NCBI GenBank assembly: GCA_050998515.1
Contig: JBPCQC010000012.1
Coordinates: 1,376 to 65,375 of the forward strand
Length of the DNA: 64,000 nt
From: Verrucomicrobiales bacterium
GTDB lineage: Bacteria > Verrucomicrobiota > Verrucomicrobiia > Verrucomicrobiales > V1-33
Reading direction: 5' to 3'
Under the pieces are notes generated by a model, which was not told the origin of the DNA, searched no databases, and saw nothing but the letters and a program-made list of their open reading frames with translations. Each line of letters begins with the position of its first letter. Position 1 is the stretch's first letter. This document shows positions 55,776 to 64,000 of the stretch, one piece after another. Position numbers and translations under genes: made by a program.

Positions 55776-57838
55776 TGAAAATCGTCGAGCAATTTTTCGA
55801 CCCGTCGCTGCACTTCAGGGTCTGGCGAAGTTTTAAGGGTTTCCTCGAGAACGGACTTGGCCATGAAGCCAAACTCCGCCAGCGCCGCGCTCGCTGCCTC
55901 CCGTTTTTCCCATTCATCACTGCCAAGTTCACGAACCAGCGCGGCGATCTTGATTCGAGTTTCATCGGAAACATGAGGGGTCGGCGTGTTGAATTCGACC
56001 AAATCATCCACCGGCACACGCCAGACGGCATCGCGGACCCGTATTGGCACCACGGGATCCTTCAATTGGCCCAGGATGGTGCCGCCGCCCCACAATTCGA
56101 TTTGAAAGGGCGGAGTGTCCTCGCTCCCGCCCGGTTCGCTTTCCTCCCGCGCATTGCGCAAAGTGCGAATGCTTTGGGGAGGAATCTGGATGGCCTTGAT
56201 GCTCGTGAGCACCGTCAAGGCCTCGGCCTCGATTTGGCCGAGCAGCCGCTGGCCGCCCGCGAGCAACACGTGAGGTTGTTCAAGCGCCCGCGGCTCGGCG
56301 CTTTCTTCCCGACTCTTCGCCAGCGCACCGGACGTCACCAGGGCGCGAATATGTCCAGGAGGAAAGGTCTTTTCCGCAAACAGCCGCGTCCGAAGCAACA
56401 CCTCGGGACCCGACAAGAAACCGAAAAAGCGGCTGCCATCCTTGAACTCGATATGGTGTCCGACGGCACCCTCATCGGTGGGCCCGAGCCACAAAATATC
56501 ATCCAGCGAAAAGCGCACCGGTCCCCAGGATGTGGTGCATTGAAAAACGGCCGCATCGTTAGCGGCCAGGGCGACTTGATCGCCGGAAAAAGTTGCCAGC
56601 AGAGCCGCCGTCTCCGGCGCCCACTTCCCTTCTTCGGCCGTGGCGCCGCGAACGAGCCTGTCCATCGTTGCGAGATCGAGATCGACCCGGGCCCCGCTGG
56701 GCATGACGAAGCGAAAGTCAGTTGCCTTTACCTGACCCGACAGCAATTGCCCATCCCGCAAGTAAACCCGCGTGCCCCCAGCGCCGCTGCGCGGGCCGCC
56801 GACCAGGGCCGCCACTTGCTCGAATGGAATGACAGCGGTTCCAAACTTCGTGGCGACGCTAAACTCGCCGCAGCTTGCAGTGCCAAAAAGTCGGGTCTTG
56901 TCGCCCATCGCCAGCACATCGGATTTCGCCCGCTCGACATCCAGGGTCTCCAGTCCGCCGCTGGCAAGCAACGCTGCTGGACCGACGCCGGTTCCGTGAT
57001 TGAAATTCACCAGGAGGGGCAGATCCTCCCGCCTGACGGTTTTCAAAAACCGGCTGCCGGCCGCGGCCTTGAAAAGCTTCTCCATGGCTGCCTTGTCGGT
57101 TTCATTGATGGGAGGAACAAGGGCGATGGTGTAGCACAAGGCGACGGTTTGCCCGGCGGGCACGCTCAGGGTGTAGCTAAAGTTCCACTCGAATTGGCTG
57201 CGCTTGCCAAATGACGGTTTGTTTTTGCTGGCAGAACTCGATAGGGTGAAGAGGACTGCTTTCTGGCCCTGTTGCTTCGAGGTGATGAGAAGCGACGTTT
57301 CGTTTTTGGTCAGCGCGCCGGGGTTGGTAACCCCGCGGTCACTCACGGCGGTCTTCACTGGATTGGAAAAATTGTTTCGGTACTCGACAGCCGCGATTAC
57401 CGGTGCGCTGCCGGGATTGTGAAAAAGATCGACGTATCGCATTGCGCCGTCTTTTTCCAGCAGGCGGACGCGGCGCGTGACCTGGAGACCGAGCAGCGGC
57501 TGTTGCCCGGGAAGAACGAATTCCTTTCCATCGGGAGTCATCAACGGCTGGTAATTGTAGAATTGCTGGCCGCCGATATGGAGCATGAGGATGTTGTTAA
57601 AGAACGAATTCCCGGTGTTCTGAAGGAACCCGTAATTGTTGATGCTCCATTGGTTGCCCTTGTCATCCTGCACCGGCTGCATGTTCGCGGGAACTAGGTT
57701 TTCCGGCGCGGCCGCCTTGCGCGGGGCTGCGTCCATCCCCCCGCCCATGACACAAGCCACCACCACGACACGTCGCCACCATGCCGGTGCCAGCACCCGC
57801 CGGGACAAAAATCGAAAAGTCGGCTTCCGTTGAGTCAT
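55772..57838 (-). CDS. secreted hypothetical protein, paralog B (N-domain / 6 repeat modules / HEAT-like tail)
   Basis: ATG 57838 overlaps the stop of paralog A (ATGA at 57835..57838). Leader RRVLAPAWWRRVVVVACVMGGG. Aligns along its length with paralog A, and has an extra C-terminal SDEWEKREAASAALAEFG..DPEVQRRVEKLL. Confidence 0.65.
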   Translation of the reverse strand: MTQRKPTFRFLSRRVLAPAWWRRVVVVACVMGGGMDAAPRKAAAPENLVPANMQPVQDDKGNQWSINNYGFLQNTGNSFFNNILMLHIGGQQFYNYQPLMTPDGKEFVLPGQQPLLGLQVTRRVRLLEKDGAMRYVDLFHNPGSAPVIAAVEYRNNFSNPVKTAVSDRGVTNPGALTKNETSLLITSKQQGQKAVLFTLSSSASKNKPSFGKRSQFEWNFSYTLSVPAGQTVALCYTIALVPPINETDKAAMEKLFKAAAGSRFLKTVRREDLPLLVNFNHGTGVGPAALLASGGLETLDVERAKSDVLAMGDKTRLFGTASCGEFSVATKFGTAVIPFEQVAALVGGPRSGAGGTRVYLRDGQLLSGQVKATDFRFVMPSGARVDLDLATMDRLVRGATAEEGKWAPETAALLATFSGDQVALAANDAAVFQCTTSWGPVRFSLDDILWLGPTDEGAVGHHIEFKDGSRFFGFLSGPEVLLRTRLFAEKTFPPGHIRALVTSGALAKSREESAEPRALEQPHVLLAGGQRLLGQIEAEALTVLTSIKAIQIPPQSIRTLRNAREESEPGGSEDTPPFQIELWGGGTILGQLKDPVVPIRVRDAVWRVPVDDLVEFNTPTPHVSDETRIKIAALVRELGSDEWEKREAASAALAEFGFMAKSVLEETLKTSPDPEVQRRVEKLLDDFQ
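55988..56914 (-). repeat. six tandem 40-45 aa modules in paralog B
   Basis: Examples: VYLRDGQLLSGQVKATDFRFVMPSGARVDLDLATMDRLV, HVLLAGGQRLLGQIEAEALTVLTSIKAIQIPPQSIRTL, FQIELWGGGTILGQLKDPVVPIRVRDAVWRVPVDDLVEF. Confidence 0.6.
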
Positions 57839-59748
57839 TGCTGAGTTTCCCGTTTCACCGCCATGATGTGAGCGACCGGGACTTCCCAATTGCCCGTGGC
57901 GGTCTTGATTTTGAGTGACGGTATGGGCAACAGGCCATCGAATTGACCGCCGGATGTCAAGGCGAGGTGGAAAACGGGCGCGCTGTCGGTTCCGCCTTCG
58001 ATCCGGCGCAAGAGACGCAAATCGGCGGGGGTGAACACGGTCTGGGTCGCGCCGGAAACCAAAGTTAGAGATTCATGGGCGATCACTCCGGCGACGAGGT
58101 TGCCGCCCTTGAGCAGGCAAAAGTCGCCCTTGCACGCTTCGAGGTCCGGAATCTCCTCCGGCTCGGCGGAGAAATCAGGAAGTTCCTTTGCAGGTTGCGA
58201 GAATACAGCGAGGTCGGCAATATTCAGCGTGACGGTGCCGAGGCGCGGTGATCGCGCTGTGAACTCTCGCTGAGTCGGAAAAACCGTGAGCTTCGATCCA
58301 TCGCTCAGCCAGAGCCGGCAGGCGGTGGCTGGCGCCTTGAGATGATAAAAAGCCACGATTTGGTTCATGCTTGCCTCGACCGGGCCCCACGGACTGGTTA
58401 GCGCAAGTGTCTCAGCATCCGTCAACTGCAGCGGCAATACCTCGCCGGAGTTGAGTGCGGCCAAAAAGGCTGGCGGCGGCGAAACCACACCGTCGTCCGG
58501 TGAAGTTTTTAGGACAATGGCCTCGATCGCTTCAGCGGTCAGGTTAATGCTCCAGCCTTTGGCGCCGCCCATTTTCCACCCCGGCAGGCTCAGAGGACCG
58601 GTGAGCACGGTGCCGTCGCGCAGAAATACGCGCGGCAAGCGCCCGCGCCCGGCTCCGCCCTGCACCGCCGCTATTTCCGGCAGTGGAATGGTCATGGTGC
58701 CAAAGCGGGATTCGACCGTCACCGGTTCGCCTTGCGCCTGTCCGGAGAGCAGTGAATTAGCACTCATCCAATAGACATCCTCCTCGCCCCGCTCGATGCC
58801 CAGCCTCTCGCACAACCTCCGAAGACCGCCCAGCAGCGCGTCCGCAGCCGGCGCTTCGCTTTCGCTTGCGTCCTTAAGCGAAAAATTGACCACCGTCTCA
58901 GCGAGGTCGGGCGGCATGCGCGGGCGGATGAGCCGGCTGCCGCGCACAAATGCTTCGGCCACCCCCTTCGCCTGGTCAGGAGTCAGGCCTGGTCTCTGCA
59001 GCAGCCAATAAAGCACCGAGATGCTTTTGCCGGCGGGCACAGTCACCTCCCACATTGCCACGTGCCGTGCCTTGCTGTTCCCGTCGCGGTCTTCGACTTT
59101 AAAAACGGGGCGGGGCTCGGCGCGCGGTTGCGCGAGCAAAAAGAGCACAGCGGCCTTCTGACTCTCAGCGTCCTGAGTTACCAGAAGCCCGGCATTGTCC
59201 CCGCCGAGGTCCGGCCCGGTCCACGTTCGACCGTCCAGTCTCGATATGGCCTCGACGCCATCGCCAAAGTCGGTCCGCACTTCGAGTTTGACCGCTTTCG
59301 CCGCACTCCCTGGATTCTTCACGGTGTCGATGAACCGTGCGCCGCCCCGTTCGTGGTCGAGCCAGATATGGCGCGCGATCTCCAGCTCTCCGGACTTTCC
59401 GCGCAACTGATAAGCCGGAAGAGCGTCATTGGACTCGGCTTCGGCCGCATTAAATTCTTTTCCATCGATCATTAACACCGCGCCCCGCTCGAACGCGCCG
59501 ATGCGTTGATCCGCGACATTGCTCAAGCCAATATCGCCATCATGGTTCAGGCCCCAACGGCATCCAAATTTGTCGGTAACTCGCGGAAAACGCGAAGGAA
59601 CGGCCTCGAGTTTCTCCCACTCTTTGATTTCGACTGCCGATGGCGCATCCGCGATGGCCGGTTTCGCAGCCGGCTCATCCGCTTGCGCAGCCTGAAAGAG
59701 CCACATCAAGATCAGGCACCAAACCGAACGCGCCAGGATTTGCTTCAC
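57835..59748 (-). CDS. secreted hypothetical protein, paralog A (N-domain / 6 repeat modules)
   Basis: GTG start with signal peptide MKQILARSVWCLILMWLFQAAQA. The N-domain shares ARFIDTVKNPGSAAKAVKLEVRTDF / VTVPAGKSISVLYW with paralog B (MRYVDLFHNPGSAPVIAAVEYRNNF / LSVPAGQTVALCYT). Confidence 0.65.
   Translation of the reverse strand: MKQILARSVWCLILMWLFQAAQADEPAAKPAIADAPSAVEIKEWEKLEAVPSRFPRVTDKFGCRWGLNHDGDIGLSNVADQRIGAFERGAVLMIDGKEFNAAEAESNDALPAYQLRGKSGELEIARHIWLDHERGGARFIDTVKNPGSAAKAVKLEVRTDFGDGVEAISRLDGRTWTGPDLGGDNAGLLVTQDAESQKAAVLFLLAQPRAEPRPVFKVEDRDGNSKARHVAMWEVTVPAGKSISVLYWLLQRPGLTPDQAKGVAEAFVRGSRLIRPRMPPDLAETVVNFSLKDASESEAPAADALLGGLRRLCERLGIERGEEDVYWMSANSLLSGQAQGEPVTVESRFGTMTIPLPEIAAVQGGAGRGRLPRVFLRDGTVLTGPLSLPGWKMGGAKGWSINLTAEAIEAIVLKTSPDDGVVSPPPAFLAALNSGEVLPLQLTDAETLALTSPWGPVEASMNQIVAFYHLKAPATACRLWLSDGSKLTVFPTQREFTARSPRLGTVTLNIADLAVFSQPAKELPDFSAEPEEIPDLEACKGDFCLLKGGNLVAGVIAHESLTLVSGATQTVFTPADLRLLRRIEGGTDSAPVFHLALTSGGQFDGLLPIPSLKIKTATGNWEVPVAHIMAVKRETQQ
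57850..58776 (-). repeat. six tandem 40-45 aa modules in paralog A
   Basis: Examples: VFLRDGTVLTGPLSLPGWKMGGAKGWSINLTAEAIEAIV, RLWLSDGSKLTVFPTQREFTARSPRLGTVTLNIADLAVF, FCLLKGGNLVAGVIAHESLTLVSGATQTVFTPADLRLL. Confidence 0.6.
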
Positions 59749-59878
59749 GAGCCTATCTTAACTGAGCTTCCACCGAAGCAAAACGGTGAAATGCCGGTCG
59801 CTATGGCTGGCCAGGCTTCAGCCCAGCCGAAGCAAATTCGGGTCGGCAGTTGCCGAATGCTGCACGGGGCCCCGGCCA

Positions 59879-60298
59879 TTAAAACAGCAACAGGCCAACA
59901 TCATCTTCATTGAGCTCGCCTGCCTCGGTCACCTCCAATAGACCGTCAATCTCATCGAGCAGTGCAAGCTCCAACACCATTTGCCCCACGATGGCATCCT
60001 GGGGGACGGCCTCCGTTGAGACGGGCAATGGTGATGGTGCGCTTCGGGCAATAGCATTGTCGGGTTGATCGAGTTGCCACCAGACCACGCCGCTTAAAAT
60101 CAGCACCCCCGCCCAAACCAGCCGCAAGCGAGGAGCGAAGATTTTGGCCAGGAAGACCCCGCCCCAATGGGCAGGCGACTCGATTTGCCGGGCGCAACGC
60201 ACGACATTGTGGGAGAAAAACGGATCAACAGGCACGGGCCGTGCCTGTTTGAGCAACGCCCAGGCAGGGTCTCGATATTCTGGAATATCCGGATTCAT
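59879..60298 (-). CDS. small single-pass membrane protein, anti-sigma-factor-like N-terminus
   Basis: ATG 46 nt after the rpoD stop. ALLKQARPVPVDPFFSHNVVRCARQ, then TM helix LRLVWAGVLILSGVVWW, then an acidic C-terminal tail. Confidence 0.45.
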   Translation of the reverse strand: MNPDIPEYRDPAWALLKQARPVPVDPFFSHNVVRCARQIESPAHWGGVFLAKIFAPRLRLVWAGVLILSGVVWWQLDQPDNAIARSAPSPLPVSTEAVPQDAIVGQMVLELALLDEIDGLLEVTEAGELNEDDVGLLLF

Positions 60299-60344
60299 GG
60301 CCGAAAGATCAAACCGTTCCGTGAGCGCAAAGTTGCGGCAAATA

Positions 60345-62084
60345 TCAGCCTGCCGTCAAAGTGGCTTCGAGAAAACCTTCCAGGTGGCGGATGCGGGTAG
60401 GATGGCGAATTTTTCGGAGCGCCTTGGCTTCGATTTGACGGATTCGCTCGCGGGTAACTTGAAACTGGCGGCCCACTTCCTCGAGAGTTCGGCTGTAACC
60501 ATCGACAAGTCCAAACCGCTGTTCGAGGACCATGCGTTCGCGCTCGCTGAGGGTATCGAGGACATCTTTTATTTTGTCCTTCAGAATGCTGAAGCTTGTA
60601 ATTTCCACGGGATTGTCCGCTTTCTTATCCTCGAGGAAATCGCCGAAGCGCGCGTCTTCGCCCTCCCCGACCGGAGTCTCGAGGGAAATCGGTTGCTGGG
60701 CCATACGCAGCACTGCCCGAACCCGTTCGACCGGCAAATGGACTTCCTCGGCAATCTCATCCGAACTCGGTTCGCGGCCAAATTCCTGCACCAACTGCTT
60801 CTGGACCCGAAGCAGTTTGTTAATCGTCTCGATCATATGGACCGGAATGCGAATGGTGCGCGCCTGGTCAGCGATCGACCTCGTTATGGCCTGGCGGATC
60901 CACCAGGTGGCGTAAGTCGAGAACTTGTAACCGCGGCGGTACTCGAACTTCTCGACCGCCTTCATGAGACCCATGTTGCCCTCTTGAATGAGGTCAAGGA
61001 AGCTGACGCCGCGATTGGTGTATTTTTTGGCAATAGAAATAACGAGGCGAAGATTCGCCTCGACCATTTCCGTCTTTGCTTTCAACGCTTCGCGCAACCA
61101 GTGTTTCAATTCTTTGCAGGCGTCGGTGAAATGCTCGGGCGAATGCCAGACCCCGGTTTCAAATTCCTCAGCCGCCCCTGCATCTGAGCCGCCGCTCAGA
61201 CATCGTTCGATGCCGCGCCATTCCTCGAGCTTGCGTTCGGCGACGGCGGCCAGCTCCTCGACGACCTTTTGCTTGAAGGATAATTTGCGATACACCTTTT
61301 CCAGCGCGCCTATGGCGATCTGAAACGCCTCTGCGGCGCCGTTGCGGGCGTTTTTGCAGCGCTTTTTGTAAGCAACCGACGCATCCTGGCGCCGTTGATC
61401 TATCTCCTGGCAGAGCTTCGGCAATGCGCGCAAATACCGGTCGCGACTTTGCACTTTCTTGTCGAGCACCAATCGGTCGAGGCGTTCCCGGCCATCGTGC
61501 AGCTTTTCCGCGAGATCCATGTAAGCATCGGCCGTGAAGCCAAACCCATGAATGATGCGCTCGACATGGCTTTCGGAGATTTCTATGCGTTTGGAGATTT
61601 CCACCTCCTGCTCGCGCGTCAGCAGCGGCACCTGGCCCATTTGCTTCAGATACTGGCGGACCGGATCGTCCAGCACATCGAGCCGCGCCTCACTCGCCTT
61701 TTGGGCGGCGGTCTCATCGGACTCGGAAGCTCCGCTCTTCCGGACACGTTGCAGGTCTTTGAACCGATCCACCTCGGCGGCGTCGATCACGTTGAATTCC
61801 ATCGACCGCAGGCGCTCAAGAATCTGCTCGATGATGTCCGGCTCGATGCAGTCCATCGGGAGCGTGTCGTTCAGATCATCGTAGGTCAGGTAATCCTGTT
61901 CCTTGGCCAGTCTAACCAGATCACGCAACCGGGCTTGGATATCGGGATGGTCGACGCTGGTATAGCGAACGCCGATGGGCTTGGGAGCGGACAGTTCGCT
62001 ATTGCCGGTCTCAGGCAACGGGTACTTGCGAGGCCGCCCCCGTTTCCGCTTCACGGGCAGTTCATTTATAAAAGGCTCGGCCAT
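60345..62084 (-). CDS. rpoD: RNA polymerase primary sigma factor (sigma-70 group 1)
   Basis: ATG 62084 (MAEPFINE..). Region 1.1 [13 protein letters not shown]; region 2 [56 protein letters not shown]; region 4 [30 protein letters not shown]. Confidence 0.95.
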   Translation of the reverse strand: MAEPFINELPVKRKRGRPRKYPLPETGNSELSAPKPIGVRYTSVDHPDIQARLRDLVRLAKEQDYLTYDDLNDTLPMDCIEPDIIEQILERLRSMEFNVIDAAEVDRFKDLQRVRKSGASESDETAAQKASEARLDVLDDPVRQYLKQMGQVPLLTREQEVEISKRIEISESHVERIIHGFGFTADAYMDLAEKLHDGRERLDRLVLDKKVQSRDRYLRALPKLCQEIDQRRQDASVAYKKRCKNARNGAAEAFQIAIGALEKVYRKLSFKQKVVEELAAVAERKLEEWRGIERCLSGGSDAGAAEEFETGVWHSPEHFTDACKELKHWLREALKAKTEMVEANLRLVISIAKKYTNRGVSFLDLIQEGNMGLMKAVEKFEYRRGYKFSTYATWWIRQAITRSIADQARTIRIPVHMIETINKLLRVQKQLVQEFGREPSSDEIAEEVHLPVERVRAVLRMAQQPISLETPVGEGEDARFGDFLEDKKADNPVEITSFSILKDKIKDVLDTLSERERMVLEQRFGLVDGYSRTLEEVGRQFQVTRERIRQIEAKALRKIRHPTRIRHLEGFLEATLTAG

Positions 62085-62192
62085 TGGGTGAGGTCTCACA
62101 CGGGGGATGTAAGAGAAACGCAATAAGGAAATAGGCTCAAACCCGCGCACCGCAACCGGATTTTTCTTTTGTGGAAGTGCTGAGCGCCTGGA

Positions 62193-64000
62193 TCAAAAGG
62201 GAACAAGGCTTGCGGGCGTCGCCGCCGTGCCCTTTAAGTGGCGCAGTTCACGGTGGCACTCAACAACCTCCTGGGTCAATGTTAGGAGATCCTCTGGAGG
62301 CAATCCCGGCATCTTCAGCCGCGCCTGTTTTTGATCGATGAGGTTTTTCAACCGTTGAGTTTTAAGATGAAAAAAAGCGGCACGCGCATCGTCGACCCCG
62401 CGTGCAGGCGACTCCTCGGTAATCAACGCGCTGACGAGAGCCTGTTCGGGAGGAGGCAGTGCTGCCACAAATGCGGACACACTGGCCGGGTGGCCGGGAT
62501 CAAGGTTATTGGCCTGCCAAACGCGCGTGAGAACTTCGGTTTCGGCGAGGTCTGCCAGCCAGTGCGAATCGCCGCTGTTCAGCAGCCACACTCTGGCTTC
62601 CACATCTGTGAGCGCCAATTTGCACAACATGCGCACCGCTTTATTTGCGATGATCAGCGGGGCCTCGCGGGCGGGGACTGCGATGCGGTCTTCGCGCTCG
62701 CCTTCGCGCGTCAGGTCACGCGCAGCGCGGGCAACGCGCCCGCGAATGTCCGCAGTCGGCACTGCCAGTCTGGTCGCAGCCGTGTTGATGGCGTCTTCTT
62801 GCGCGGCTTTCTCGGTGAGCGACGCTATGCTGCCCGCCAGTTCATCGACCACACGGAGCCGCTCTCTCACCCCGCTCAAATTCACGCCTCGGGTGAGATG
62901 CGTCATCTGAAAATCAAAGAAGCTGGCTGCCGCTTTCAATTTTTCCCGCAAGGCATCGATCCCCCGTGCGCGAATGAGCGAATCCGGGTCTTCGCCGCCG
63001 GGCAATTCGGCCACGCGTACAAAAACGCCCGCTCGGGCCAATTCACGAAAGGCTCGCCCAGCCGCTTTATACCCGGCGTCGTCCGAATCAAAGCAAAGAA
63101 CTGCCTCGTCACTCAATCGGCGGATCGTCCGCGCGTGGTGATTGGTGAACGCCGTTCCCAACGGCGCCACCACGTTTTCGATCCCATTTTCAAAACACGA
63201 GATGAGATCAAGCTGGCCTTCGCAGATAATCGCACACTGTGACTTGGCAATTGAGCGCCGGCTCTTGTCGAGTCCAAAAAAAACGCGGCCCTTGTTGAAG
63301 ATCGGGGTCTCCGGCGAATTGACATATTTGGCCGCGCCGGTGTCTTTCTGCAGCGCGCGGCCGCTGAACCCGACTACGTCACCGTGCTCATTGCAGATGG
63401 GAAACATCAACCGTCCCCCAAAGCGAAACCAGACCGATCGCTGGCGGCGTCCGCCGCCTTCGTCCCCCAAGGAAATCAATCCGGCTTCGACCAGTGATTG
63501 CTGCGAATATTTTTTCTCATTCGACCAGGCGAGAAGAGCGGCGGCATGTGGTGGCGCGTAGCCAATCTGCCAGCGGCGCGCGTGTTGTCCTTCCAGGCCC
63601 CGGCTTTTCCAATAGCGCCGCGCCGCCTCGGCCATGGCATCCTTCAAGAGCAACTCATGAAACCACTGGGCAATATCGCGATGGAGGGCGAGCAGATCCT
63701 TCCGCTGCCGGTTGGCGGAGGCTGTTTCCGCAGCATCCGCCACCTCGATGATCGCGATTCCGGCCCGTTCGGCAAGGCGTCGCAACGCATCCGGGAAAGA
63801 GACGTGTTCATAAAGTTCGACGAATTTGATAACGCCCCCACCAGCGCCACAGCCGAAACAGTGGAATGATCCGCGCGCCGGATTCACCATGAAAGAAGGC
63901 GAACGTTCGTTGTGAAATGGACACAACGCCTTGAAATTTGCCCCGGCTCGTTTCAGAGGAAAATACGAGCTGATGACCGCCACGATGTCGCTGGCGGCCA
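62193..64000 (-). CDS. dnaG: DNA primase, N-terminal few residues beyond the right window edge
   Basis: Zinc finger CPFHNERSPSFMVNPARGSFHCFGCGAGG. Toprim AIICEGQLDLIS and CFDSDDAGYKAA. The frame stays open past the track GTG (63983) to base 64000 (..AASDIVAVISSYF). Confidence 0.9.
   Translation of the reverse strand, partial: AASDIVAVISSYFPLKRAGANFKALCPFHNERSPSFMVNPARGSFHCFGCGAGGGVIKFVELYEHVSFPDALRRLAERAGIAIIEVADAAETASANRQRKDLLALHRDIAQWFHELLLKDAMAEAARRYWKSRGLEGQHARRWQIGYAPPHAAALLAWSNEKKYSQQSLVEAGLISLGDEGGGRRQRSVWFRFGGRLMFPICNEHGDVVGFSGRALQKDTGAAKYVNSPETPIFNKGRVFFGLDKSRRSIAKSQCAIICEGQLDLISCFENGIENVVAPLGTAFTNHHARTIRRLSDEAVLCFDSDDAGYKAAGRAFRELARAGVFVRVAELPGGEDPDSLIRARGIDALREKLKAAASFFDFQMTHLTRGVNLSGVRERLRVVDELAGSIASLTEKAAQEDAINTAATRLAVPTADIRGRVARAARDLTREGEREDRIAVPAREAPLIIANKAVRMLCKLALTDVEARVWLLNSGDSHWLADLAETEVLTRVWQANNLDPGHPASVSAFVAALPPPEQALVSALITEESPARGVDDARAAFFHLKTQRLKNLIDQKQARLKMPGLPPEDLLTLTQEVVECHRELRHLKGTAATPASLVPF

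Noticed and set aside
55703-57214. 503-aa plus-strand ORF
   Set aside because: Antisense to paralog B, whose frame is supported by paralogy with the neighbouring gene and by the ATGA couplings.
60144-62126. Plus-strand ORFs 60144..61187 and 61395..62126
   Set aside because: Antisense to rpoD, which is unambiguous.
1-64000. Scan for CRISPR arrays, transposases, integrases, reverse transcriptases, phage genes and rRNA/tRNA
   Set aside because: Nothing of these kinds was recognisable in the ORF translations or the intergenic sequence. The only mobile-looking signal is the AT-richer DUF2442/DUF4160 pair, reported separately.

Overview
GC-rich chromosomal segment (about 60% GC by eye). The gene content points to the PVC superphylum, probably Verrucomicrobiota. 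That is an inference from two DUF1501 genes, a DUF1549/DUF1553 gene, a PSCyt1-type CxxCH domain, a PVC-type heme-binding dehydrogenase/HEAT protein and several PQQ-like propellers. I call about 45 protein genes. I saw no rRNA, tRNA, CRISPR array, transposase, integrase or reverse transcriptase. Housekeeping anchors are dnaG (5' end beyond the right edge) followed by rpoD, plus dnaN, acnA, metF, cdd, a cysteine desulfurase and an ABC-2 exporter. A partial FHA/PAS/GAF sensor gene at the left edge is missing from the ORF track and was recovered by hand translation. The ORF track accepts GTG/TTG starts, so several starts were trimmed to an ATG that gives a clean signal peptide or family-typical N-terminus. 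All family names come from motifs read in the translations and from memory; no search was run. Best candidate for an undescribed system: the block directly downstream of rpoD (53841..60298). It holds an anti-sigma-like single-TM protein, two tandem paralogous secreted proteins each with six copies of a 40-45 aa module, and a coiled-coil membrane protein. The last three genes are joined by ATGA overlaps. Other notable items: an FHA/coiled-coil/GrpE-like fusion, an AT-richer DUF2442/DUF4160 pair separated by one in-frame TGA, an AT-hook at the RpoD N-terminus, a roughly 2240 aa metzincin/PKD/8x Calx-beta surface protein, a gene-free interval with two wrong-strand terminator-like hairpins, and REP-like nested palindromes.
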